DNA of 64,000 bases from Amoebophrya sp. A120 (lineage: Eukaryota; Protista; Dinoflagellata): NCBI GenBank assembly GCA_905178155.1, contig CAJINV010000001.1:10658311-10722310 (forward strand), written 5' to 3'. The translations under genes were made by a program, and so were the position numbers. Below the pieces are notes generated by a model that was not told where the DNA came from, did no database searches, and saw nothing but the letters and a program-made list of their open reading frames with translations. Position 1 is the first letter of the stretch, and each line of letters opens with the position of its first letter. This document shows positions 24,727 to 35,618 of this stretch, piece after piece.

Positions 24727-25217
24727 ACTTTTTTCGAAATCGAGATACTTCACGAGAGAGAAGACCCACAGATCGACATGAAAACAAAAAACAGGCTCAT
24801 TCTTTTCTTGGAAATCTCTTCAGGAAGCTAGCAGCTGAAAGAACGGTTATGCATCTATTGGTCTCAGCGAATAAGTTACAACTCAACAGCCGGCGACACA
24901 TTGCAAAAGGAGCCCGACTACGGCGTCCTGATCAAAGCTTCTATGTATAAAGGATCGGATGAGGCGGAACCGCCTTGAACAAAAGCATATTTGCACGTCA
25001 CAGATGAACTCGGGATGGATACCTCGATCAAAAAGTAGGATCTACGCTTTCTGTGCTTGTTCTTAGAACTTTGCCATACTGCCTGGGAGAAATCACCCGG
25101 AAGAACGCAATATCGGTTCCAAGGTTTCTAGCGTCAGCACTCATTTCCTTTGCTTGGCAGTTGTCCTTGCAAACATCAGAAGGAAAACAGTTCAGCTAGT
25201 ACAGATCCTAAGTTCCG

Positions 25218-28200
25218 TCACCGCCACGGCTCCGCAAACTTCCGTCTTTCGTAGTCCAACTCTAGATCGACGGGCTGGATGGTTTCCAGCGACGAAGGCA
25301 CTGGATGCTTCTGCTGGCTCAGCACGGTTTGCAAGTACTCTTTCACCACGGCCAGCTCCTTCGATTGGTCCCGTCTCGCCAAAACCGTGTCTGCAAACGG
25401 CAGCAACGCTTTGGTGATGCGGCTCAGCCGATCCAAGTGCGTTTCCAATGTCTGCTGCTTTCGCAGGTAGACTTCCCGCTCCTCAGTGCTCACCTCGCTC
25501 TTCAGCTCCTTCAGTTGCCGTCTCTTCTCGTGCAAAAGCTGCTGCAATTCCTCGGTCTTTTCCCTTGCGGCGTCCCGCTCGGCCAGCGTTTGCACAAACA
25601 CCTCGTCTTGCATCAGCTCGTCGGGTGGCTCGCCTGCTTTTAAGTTGCCCGTCATGGCGGTTCCACTTGCGCGCTGGCTCGCCACACTGGAGGAGTGGGA
25701 AAGTTTTCGCAGAGGAATAGCGTTGTACGCTCCGTCAGAACGGGGTGTAGCAGTGTTGTCAACCACAAAGCTAGTCGATTCAGACTTGCTTTCGGCCTTA
25801 GGTGCAGCTTCTCGCGCGGCACTGCCCACAATGCCGTCCACGCTTGCCGGCAGCAGCTCTTTCCTCTCGCTACTCCGAGCATTTGATGACGCTCCCGCCC
25901 CGGCGGCAGAAGTAGAGCTTGCACTCCCACCCCCGGCTTCGCTCCCCACTGGTGCTCCTGCCGCGCCCAAGCTTGGTAGAAAGAAGTCCCACTCGGGCGG
26001 GATCCCGTACCCCCGATACCGGGCCAGCATGCCAAATGTTTGGGCGCATCGTCGCACCTCCGGCCAGCGGATGCGCTGTGCGTAGCAGTAGCTGAGCAAT
26101 GCCTGCATTCGCGTGATGTCCCCACGGTCGGTGGCGGTGATAATGTCGTTCTTCAGCGCCCGCAGCTCGCGTTTCTCGTTCGCGGCTCGCATCCACCGTT
26201 GTGCGCGACGCAGAAAAGTATCCTCTTCCGCGGACAAAGGTTTCGTGGACACTTGGCTTTTGCTCGATTGCCGACTGCGACTGGCTCGCGGCGAGGATGA
26301 TGACGAGCTTCTTCGCGCTCCAACAACCCCCGCGACCTGCTTCCCGGAAGATAGTGACACACCGCGGGGCGACGAACCTTTACTCGAAGTTCTGACGGGA
26401 GCCGTCAGGTTCCCACTCAGCCCGAAATCCAGCAGCTGTCGATCAATGATCTGTGGCACGAGCAGCCGGCCGGAGTGTCCGTCGTTCGCACGCAGGCACA
26501 AGACGTAGAAAGTTGTCACGGCTCCTGCGAGCGCGTGGACCCGGTCGATGTCGTCCTCGAGCGTGTCAATCGTGTAGCTGAAATCCGGTAGGAGAGTGTC
26601 CTCGATCCACAGGGGGGAAGACTCGTGTTCCAGGCGAAGCAAAAGTTCCCTCTCGGCTTTGTAGACTCGCGTCGCCCCGTCCACGTGCTGAATTTTCTGC
26701 TCTACGGAAGCAGTTCTTCCCGCATTTTTCAGAAACGCGACGGCCTTGTCGTAAGCCGCAGCGCAAACCTGCATGATCTTGGCATCCCCCGGTGATCGCA
26801 GATTCGCCAGGACCGCGTCCGCGCGGAGGTTCTGGAACAGACCCTGGATGCTCGGCGCCGCTGCACCAGATCCACCTGCATTGTAAAACCGACCGAGATT
26901 TCCCCCGTCGACGAGGGTCACCGTGGTCGTGCCGGCCTTTTTCACTTTTACTCCGATCTGGTCTGCCAGATGCGCATTCACTTTCTCCAACACGTGCTGC
27001 ACGACAGAGGAGTACACGTTTTCGCACAGCAACCGCACCTCTTGCCGCCAGTTTACCAACGCGGGACTATTTGCGTCGCTTATGTCCGCCGGTGGGGCTA
27101 AGACCTCGATGAATTTGGAGACGTCGGACACCCCGGCAGGCAGCGTCTCTTTATTCAATTTCTCGACCGGAATCTGGTTTGTCAACGCCTCCACGTAGCA
27201 CTCGTGCAGGTTCTCCCACGTTTCCTGGTCCATGTGCTCCCCCTCGTCGTGAATGCGGTCCAGCAACCCCGACAGCCACAGGATCAGGTCCAATCTGCGG
27301 AAGACCAAGTCCTTGTCTAGCTTGAAGATGTCGAACAAAATCAGCGTCTCGTCGAGCAGCGGGCGGTCGACGCTGTCGCTGCGGAAGTGGTCCCCCCCGA
27401 GGACGCGGGGGAAGCTCGTGTGCTCGGCGTCCACGAAGGGCGCCTCGTTGAACTCCAGCCAGACCAGGTAGTGGTAGAAAATGTCGAACGTGCGGCGCGT
27501 CCGGTCTTCGGCATGGTCGAGGTGGAGCAAGGTGTCCTCCATTGTCAAGTTCCGGATTTGAAAACTCGCAGCCGTCGCCTGGTTTTTCTCCAAAGTCAGA
27601 CCGCTCAGTTCCAATTCGATCTCCGCCTCGGTCGCCAGCGCGGGCGCCGGATCGCGCGACGAGGAGTCCGGACCGACAAGACCATCGGTCTCCGACCCGG
27701 GACTGGCGGCGTCCGCGCGGTTGCGCACACCGACAAAGTGCTGCAGAAGCGTGTGCGCGTCCGCCACGAGATCGGTACCCGCGAGGAACGCGGCGGTTTT
27801 TGCAAACGCAAAAGAAGCGCCGCCGCCGGGGCCGGGGGTGAGGAAGAAAATGCACTTGGGATCACTAGGCTTGATAGAAGAAGTTGTACTTGTTTTATTC
27901 GTATCAAATACGACCTGGTTGCGCAAACTGAAGAGGTGCGGGGGGAGGTTCTTTGTCGTGCTGCTGTCCTTCTTGTACTTCTCCGCCACTTCGGACGTGT
28001 ACAACTCCCTCCTGCGTCGGTTCGGGTTCACCTGCAGAAGAATGCGCGGCCCGGCTTTGGTAAAAAGCAACCCCTTTGCGAAGCGGTCGATCAGCCCTTC
28101 CCGGATTTTGGCGATGGAAGTGCCCTTGGTCTTCTCGTCGCTCCAATCTGCCACATCGTGCGAGCTGTGGATTGCGTTTTTTTGATCACATTTGGCGATC

Positions 28201-28492
28201 AAAAACAAATGCCGAAGCACTATGCCGATGAACGGCAATCCAAATCATACTTACAGTGATGAATCTACTAGAATTACTATCATGCGCTTCCAATTTAGTA
28301 CCTGCTCGATTTTCCCGCCGGCTTCGGATAGCACGTCGTTGCGACTTTACCGGCTGCCAGCACTACTCGGGTTGCGTCGGAGTTCGTAGCTGCAAGTTCC
28401 ACACTGCCGTCGCTTTGCACAGCCTTTACGGAAAAAGGCTGAATTTGCCCGGGGGACAGCGTGTCGGACCACACGCGCGAGTTGACTTCCAT
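25218..28492 (-). CDS. Highly divergent myosin-like protein (degenerate motor, IQ-like motif, coiled-coil tail)
   Basis: LIDRFAKGLLFTKAGPRILLQVNP..LY..LPPHLF matches the start of a myosin head. RTFDIFY and VLCLRAND match later motor motifs. RAQRWMRA is IQ-like. Upstream exon 28302-28492 joins by GT-AG. Confidence 0.75.
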
Positions 28493-29328
28493 TTTGATGC
28501 TTTTGTTTTTTTAGTTTTAACGTTTCTTGGGCAACGTGGTGACACTATTAAGGGCGATGCTGTTCACGATTCATCTCATCACGACCAGAAACTTGCGTCC
28601 GCGCGCTTGAACAATGTTTGCGCGAAGCGTAAGACACTCAGAATAGCATCGGATCTCGGACCTCTACCCGATACAGAAAACTCGCGCTCCTTTCACGAAA
28701 CGATGACGAGAACACCTGGTCGTTCTTCACACGACGAATCCTCTTGCGAATCGAAACGAAACAAGAATGGAAAACAGGACGACGACACCACCAAGCTGTC
28801 GGTTTGGTTGTCTTTCAATTTCTGGGCGACCTCATGCTAAAGAAACATAGTACCTTTCCCGTATTGGTGTTTAACATGTGGAGATATTGTCAGTGATGCC
28901 CTGTATTCATTGACATGAGTGACCTCGATGAAACTCTTTTTCTCTACTCCACTAATGTGGGCTGTAACTGTAAGTCGTGCATAAAACTAAATTTTCATAA
29001 TTCAACACGCTAATCATACAAAGAAGACTCATGATGACCTTCACGGCTTTTTTCTGTCTCTATGCCAAATTGGAAGATTCCAGAGAGAGTAAACGTGATG
29101 TCTGACAATCATGAAATAATGCAAAATCGACTGTATATGCTGACTTTTAAACTTTTGCTTCAAATCTGTGACATTTCTATTCTATTTTCCCGATTTTTTA
29201 CTGCAACATCATACATCTTTCTGATAAATTCGTTTTCTTTGCGGCAGGTGCAAGATACGCGATCACTCCAACACACAAGACGACATCAACCGAAACTACA
29301 CCAACAAATCAAACAAACTCGAACTTTT

Positions 29329-32300
29329 TCACGCACTCGCGCCCGCATCCACCTTGCAGTTGATGACGTGCTTGCGGTACAGCGTGCGCATGCCCGGGTA
29401 GCGGTAGTCGGCCTTGGAGGCTTCCTCGAACAGACTGTGGTTCCCGAACTGGATCTGCTCCTCCGGGATGTGCAGCAGGCAGTTCGTGATCCGCTTTGCC
29501 GTGGTGTAGATGCTTTCCGCCGGGCGGGCTTTCGAGCCGGGCAGCTGGTCCTTGGCCTTCTTCGCGCCGGTCTTCTCGTCCGTGCGGCTGGTCTCCAGCA
29601 AGATTTTCCCCGACTTTTCGTCTTCGACCACCAGCAACACGACCTCCACCACGCGCTCCAGCACCTCGCCGTTGTACTGCAGGTGGCACTCGCCGCGGGC
29701 CACCTCCTGCGCGACCTCGAACAGGGTCTTCGCGCCGTTGGCGCCGAAGGACTTGGGGTCCAACTTCGCGTCCTCCAGCTGCAGCTTGAGCCCGTCCTCG
29801 TCGATCTTCAGGTTCGACGCGACCAGGGAGGACACCTCGTCCGTGGCCTTCTTGCCCGCGATCTTGATTTTCTTCTTGGTGATCTCCTTCGCCGTCATCC
29901 ACTGCCACGTCTTCACCTCGTCCTTGTTCCCCTTGGTCATGTATACATTGCAAATATGTCTGGGTCTGGAAGATTGCAACTTGTCATGCTAAATCCGAAG
30001 CATGCAAAAATTTGTATTGCATGAGCGCCAAAAGCTGTCCACTTTCGACCAAGTTGGGACGGAGTTTCCCATGCAGGACAGGCATGACAGAGACCTCGCA
30101 GAGTCTGTCATGCTAGGTCCCGCATTTCAGACCTCAACCTCATGGGTCATGGAAAAGATGCATGACAAGTTCGTACTCTTCCAGACCCAGACACATTTGC
30201 AATCCATATCATGAAGCTGTCCCACTTCTGGCCGCCGACCGCGGCCAGGTCCGACGGCTTCATCGCGTGCGCCTGCAGGTGCCCCTCCACGATGTGCTTC
30301 CGGTACACGGTGATATGGATGTGTCAGAGTTGAAATCGACAAAGTTGAAATAATTTGCCATGCATAAAATGGATGCCAATTGGAACCCAGTTTCCAAGTG
30401 GCGCAAGACAAATTTCGGTGGTCCCTAAATCCACTCTGTCATGCTGTTTAGGCAAAGAAGAGCGATTTCCTCATGTTACTTTAGCAGCTCGAGCTGTAGC
30501 CCCAAACAGGCTTACAATCGGCCTCACTTGCCTGCTCTGCAACACACGTGCCTCCGGTCATGCATTTTATGCATTACAAATTATTTCAACTTTGACAATT
30601 TCAAACCTGACGCTTCCATAGGTGACCACGCCCGGGTAGGACGGGCTGTCCTCCTTCACCTCCACGATCTCCTTCTCGCCGTAGTTGAAGGTCACCTTCG
30701 ACTTCTATTGCAGTGAAAAGTGCCCCCCACCCCTGAAATTGCAAAAATTTGTGATGCGAAGTTTCCAAATGAAAACTTTTTGTCATGAAAGGAGTATGAA
30801 TCTTTCTGATGCAGATTCTAGGCGTGTATCGCATCGCTTGCATGACAAGCGCCGCTCTTGCTGGGGTCTTTGGCAACACAAATTTTTGCTATTCACGATT
30901 GGACACCTGTGATGCTGATACATGCAAGACGGCGAATGTTTCATTTGGAAAGGTTTGCAATACAAATGCTCCCAACGATTCGGGGGTGGGGGCATTTTTC
31001 ATTGTAATAACTTCTCCATGTGCAGCCGCTCCGCCAGGATCCGCTCCGCGGTCGCCTTCACATTCTCGTTGGGCCGCTGCTTCGCACCCGGCAACCGGTA
31101 GGTGTCGTACTCGCGCCCGTCGGCCAGCTTCTCCTTGGCCTCGATCAGCGTTTGCTGCCCGTCCTTCCCGTTCTTCACGCGGAGCAGCACCAGCTCGACC
31201 ACGCGAACGATCTTCCGGGAGGAAAATATGCATTGCAAATATGTCTGGGTCTGAAAACATGGAACTTGTAATGCTGGTAAAATCTGTATTGTATGTCTAA
31301 CAAAAAAGACGCCCTCTTAGGTCATACAAAAGCGCAGTTTTTCATGCGGACTGAGCATGAAAGAGCGTTCTGCAAACTTGTCATGCTTGGCTACATTGGA
31401 AAATATTTCAGTCATCCACAGTTCAGCATCACAAGTTTCCAGACCAAGACATGTTTGCATTTGATAGAAAACCCGCCCGTGCAATCGTGCATCAAAGAAC
31501 ACTCGCCCGCGGTGATCTCCGCGCACAGTTCGCCGAGCGTCTTCGCCTTCCCCGTCCCGTAGTTGGATGTCTTGATGTTGGCCTGTTGTAGGAAGAAGAT
31601 GGGTCTTCAGTTGTAAGAACAAGTAAAGATGTTCTTGTTGCAACAAGAAGCCGGCATCAAAAACAAAAGAACTCCACCTTTCATGGTAAGTCAGTACTTA
31701 CCTTCTGCAAATGCGCTTCCAACGTCTTCGGCGTCCACACGAACTGTTTCGCCTTTTTGTTGCCGCTCTGGTCGGTCCCGGAGACTTCGTACAGTGCCTT
31801 CGGGTATCAAATGCAAAAATGTCTGGGTCTGGAAACTTGTAATGCTGCGTTGGGAATAGTGAGTGCTCTGCAATTCACGGCCAAGCATGAGAAATATCTG
31901 CGCTCCTTTGTGTTGCGTTTTCCGCATGACAAACTGCGTTTTTGCATGACAGGAAAAGTGGTCCCTTCTTGGACACGCATCACAAACTTTTTGGTCATGC
32001 CAGACAAGCATGACAAATCTCGCAATCTTCCAGACCCAGACATTTTTGCATTTGATATCGCGTCCTTGGCCTCGAACCAGGTGTACTGGATAACTTCGCC
32101 GGCGCGCAGACCCTCGGCCTTGAAGTCCACCACCTCGAACACTTTTTTCTGTTGGTTTTTGTTCGCGTAGACCTGCGCCATCTCCTTTCGGCGCAGCGCC
32201 ATCGCCTGCGGCACCTGCTCGCGGCCCACCGCCTCCACTTCGCCCTTGCTGGCGGTCTCCTGCTCCGCCGCCGGTTCGGCGGGCTGCTCCTGGACCGCAA

Positions 32301-34432
32301 CGCCCGGGGCGAACTTCTGAATCCAATCGTGCTTCAAAGCCTGACAGAGGATTTTCACAAAATGAAGGTTTTTCTAGCTGCGCTTGATGAGGCTGAGGAG
32401 GACCCTGACATCACTATAACAACATGAATGCACCTTCTACTAAAAAATCCTAATCCGAGCAATGTGGACATGATCAAAATTAACACGTTGGAGATGCTTA
32501 TCCTCCTCTCGGGGTCCTTGGAGAGCATCATTTGGATCAGTTCTTTGCACTCCGCGCTGGCCCGCGGCGGCATCTTGGGTTCCTTTTCGCAGATCTGCCG
32601 CTCGTCGCGGAAAGGGAAAGTGGCATCCACTATCGTAAGGGAAAATCCCCCCTCCCCATATTGAAAACGTATCCGTCTGAAAATTTGTGATGCTAAAACA
32701 ACCGCACCGACTGAAAATTTGTGACGCGCATTTGTGACCTCAAATCCTGTCTGTCTTGCAAGAAGGCAAGTCCAGAGAGCGCCCCGCACTTTCCAGGCGG
32801 TTTGTGATGCTGTCGGGCTTAGAGCATACACATTTGCCATGCTAGGCGCCTACGTCAAGAACCTCTCGACTGAGGCTTGGCATATGCCTGCAATCCTCTC
32901 CAGCAAGACAAATCTGATTTGTGTACGGAAATCCAGCATCAGAAACTTCGTTTCGATATGGGGAGGGGGGATTTTTCCTTTTGATATCCACCAGACCGTA
33001 CATCACTACGCCGCACGCCCACGCGTCGGCCGGAAAGGAATACCGACGAGCGCACATTTCCGGGGACCAAAAGACCTTAAATTTTTCATATAGTTTTCGT
33101 AATATTCGCCGATGCAGCTACGTAGTACACAGCAACAGTGATTATATGTTCATCAAACAAGTACCGGTTTTGTCGAAATTCGAATTTTCCAGAAAAGACT
33201 TTCCTCTACACCACAGTACCCGTGTGCCCGTCAATTGGCGCAGGATTTTTCCCTTCGTGTGCGCGATGGCGGTACCGAAGTCAGAGAGCACCAATTTGCA
33301 ATTTGGATCGGAAATGTCCGGTCTGTCCAGCAACACGTTGTCGCCCTTGATGTCGCGGTGGATGTACCTGTTTTTGCTTCGCGTAAGACTCGTTTGCTGC
33401 CTTCTTAGAAGTTTCAGAATCAGAAGTGCTACGTACTGTAGCAACGTGAATGAAGATAAGTTCTTTATGGACACTGAAAATCGAAATCCAACCGCGAACA
33501 CTCAAGTCACTCAAATAACCGTACTCGGTAAATCATACCCCTTCGCGTGGCAGTGCTCGACGGCGGAGAAGACCTGGGCGCAGAGCTTGCCGCAGGTCGT
33601 TTCGGGGATCTTTCCGTACTTTTTCAGGTGCAACTGCAAGCCGTCCACCAGGTCGCCACCTCCGAACTTCGGCATCACGATGCACACGAAACACTTTTCC
33701 TGAAAAACCGCGACGAAGCCGACAATGTTCGGGTGATCCAGGGACACCATCACCTCGATCTCGCGCGTGATATCCGAAGTGTCCGCCTCCACGCGGTATC
33801 AAAGTGAAAAAAGCGCCCACCCCATATCGAAAACGAAATTTGTGATGCTGTATCTGAGTACACAAATCGACTTGTAACGCTAGAAGGCCAAGAGGCGCAG
33901 CTGTGGCCTCGTTTGCAGGCAATTTGTCATGCTGTTTTCCACTTTCAGCTTCCCCCTGTCATGCTGAAGATGCAAGGCTTTCCCACGCCAACCAGCACTA
34001 CAGTCCGCATCTTTTCCCTTCTAGCATGACAAAGCTGATTTGTGGCCACAAATCTGCGTCACAAATTTCTAGTTTGAGTATGGGGTGGGGGGATTTTTCA
34101 TTTTGATACGCGGTCTATCATCTTCACCGCATAAGGATCGCCCGAATCGTCCTGGTCACGCTTACCTGAAGATGAATTTGCCTACTTCAAAGGAAGCAAC
34201 ACGAGGATAGGCACCATCGACGACTGATTTCATGTAGTTCCACTTGCAGATGCAGGCACAAAACGGAAAAAATGGCTTTTCAGTAAGTAAAAGGGTATAG
34301 TAAAAATCATCCGATACGGCATTCGTGCACGACACCGAAGGCACCCTCCCCTAACTTCCGCCCGAGTCGGAACTGGTTCCCGAATTCGCCTTCCCCGGCG
34401 ACATGGGAACCTTTCGCGAGCTTAGCTCCCAT
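29329..34432 (-). CDS. CAMK-like Ser/Thr kinase with N-terminal MG and two C-terminal NUDIX-like repeats; 7 introners and 5 GT-AG introns
   Basis: Reassembled LGEGAFGVV, YAVKMI, HRDIKGDN, DFG, WSPE and DAWACGVV. Two repeats of G.G.AKTL.E...GEC.L..RVVE.VLL..LPG.K.RP.E..YPG..T.YRKH. Confidence 0.9.
29942..30208. mobile_element. Introner family B (267 bp)
   Basis: TIR TATnnATTGCAAAT(A/G)TGTCTGGGTCTGGAAGA. Direct repeat TCATG. Removal gives WDSFM-TKGNK. Confidence 0.93.
30314..30620. mobile_element. Introner family C (307 bp)
   Basis: TIR TATGGA..GTCAG..TTGAAAT.G.CAAAGTTGAAATAATTTG. Direct repeat GGTGA. Removal gives YPGVVT-VYRKH. Confidence 0.93.
30706..31009. mobile_element. Introner family D (304 bp)
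   Basis: TIR TATT(G/A)CA(G/A)TGAAAA(G/A)TGCCCCC..CCCC. Direct repeat ACTTC. Removal gives LHMEK-SKVTF. Confidence 0.92.
31227..31466. mobile_element. Introner family B (240 bp)
   Basis: TIR TATnnnnTGCAAAYATGTCT(G/T)GGTCTG. Direct repeat GAAAA. Removal gives TGGFS-SRKIVR. Confidence 0.92.
31805..32057. mobile_element. Introner family B (253 bp)
   Basis: Perfect 30-bp TIR TATCAAATGCAAAAATGTCTGGGTCTGGAA. Direct repeat TCGGG/TCGCG (1 mismatch). Removal gives AKD(A/P)KALYE. Confidence 0.92.
32631..32986. mobile_element. Introner family D (356 bp)
   Basis: TIR TATCnnAAGG(G/A)AAAATCCCCCCTCCCCATAT(T/C)GAAA. Direct repeat TCCAC. Removal gives YGLVD-ATFPF in kinase subdomain IX-X. Confidence 0.94.
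33797..34108. mobile_element. Introner family D (312 bp)
   Basis: TIR TATCAAA(G/A)TGAAAAA...CCCACCCCATA. Direct repeat CGCGG. Removal gives AVKMIDR-VEADTS. Confidence 0.94.
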
Positions 34433-35618
34433 GCCGCAAATGCTTGTTAGCAAGCGAATTTTCACGAGAGAGCGAAACCCTTTGGTGGTTGGTTCGATTA
34501 CGCTTATTGGATATAAACGTAACCAAGGTAGAATTTGTTACTTCCTGCGGTCAATGAAATGCTACGTACTTGCACCGCAAATTAATGAAACTCCGGACCT
34601 GCACTAGGCACGTATCGAAAAAGCGAAAAAATACTCGATAGTTGTTGGAAGGTAGTGGTTCCTGGAGGGCCGGACGCCGAGTGAAAACTTCGAAAAGTTT
34701 GAAAATACACCATGAAAAGAAAACAACCGACCTCAGCTAATGAAAAAGAAAATGCTACAGCTGCAAAAGTAATGCAAAAAGCGAACCTGGCCGGCAGACG
34801 GACACCGTGGCACGACATTGCTAAAAAAAGCCAAAAAAGAGGCAAACTCTGGCAAGACAAGTCTCTCTTGCGCTCTAGTGACCGATCGATGTCGAAAAAA
34901 AAAAGCGCAGCTCTCATTCGTGTGAAAAAAACAAGGCGGCCACTGGTGTGAAAAAAACAAAAGAGAAAAAAACAGAACAGGATACTGCAAACAGGTGCAT
35001 TTCTATTAAGAGTCAGTACAACCATAAGTACGCACCATAGTTCGCTAGAATCTGACATGATGAGGTCCGACAGCTCCTCTAAAGGACGTCATATCATATC
35101 CTCGCCCTACTCGCGAGTTACCACTCATCTAGCAAGTTACAGTTGCAGGTTTGTAGAGGCACGCTTCATTGAACGTCTAACCCCTTGGATTCAGAATCTA
35201 TCACTAGAAGAGAAAAGAACTTAGCATTTACAGTCGCAGCAAGCACTCTTCGACGATTCAGCAAAATATCCTGACGACAATTTTGTCGTCCCCGAAAGCA
35301 AAACATAGATCCAGGACCAACAGCACCGAGGTACTTGCGTAGTACATAATTGCGGTTACATTTTCAAAAAACTTCTCATTGCCAACATTCTGCTGTTTCA
35401 CTAGAAGACGTGCTATGTATGACGCTTTGGTGCAGTAGATGATCTTTGTCTTTCAGGTATTGGCGAGCGCCGTGCTTGAACTGCCGCCTGGTGCGGTTCC
35501 GCGGTCCGCAATGGCAGCTTGCTGGTTTTCTATGGCCATCCGTTGATCCGCATCTGCTGCGCCGTCGTGAGGTCTGCCAATGGCCACGGACTGCGGAGCG
35601 GGCATCTCCTGCGGTAGT

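Noticed and set aside
29942-34108. Fragmented kinase read as a pseudogene or as several small genes
   Set aside because: Precise removal of each TIR element restores one continuous frame with intact catalytic motifs.
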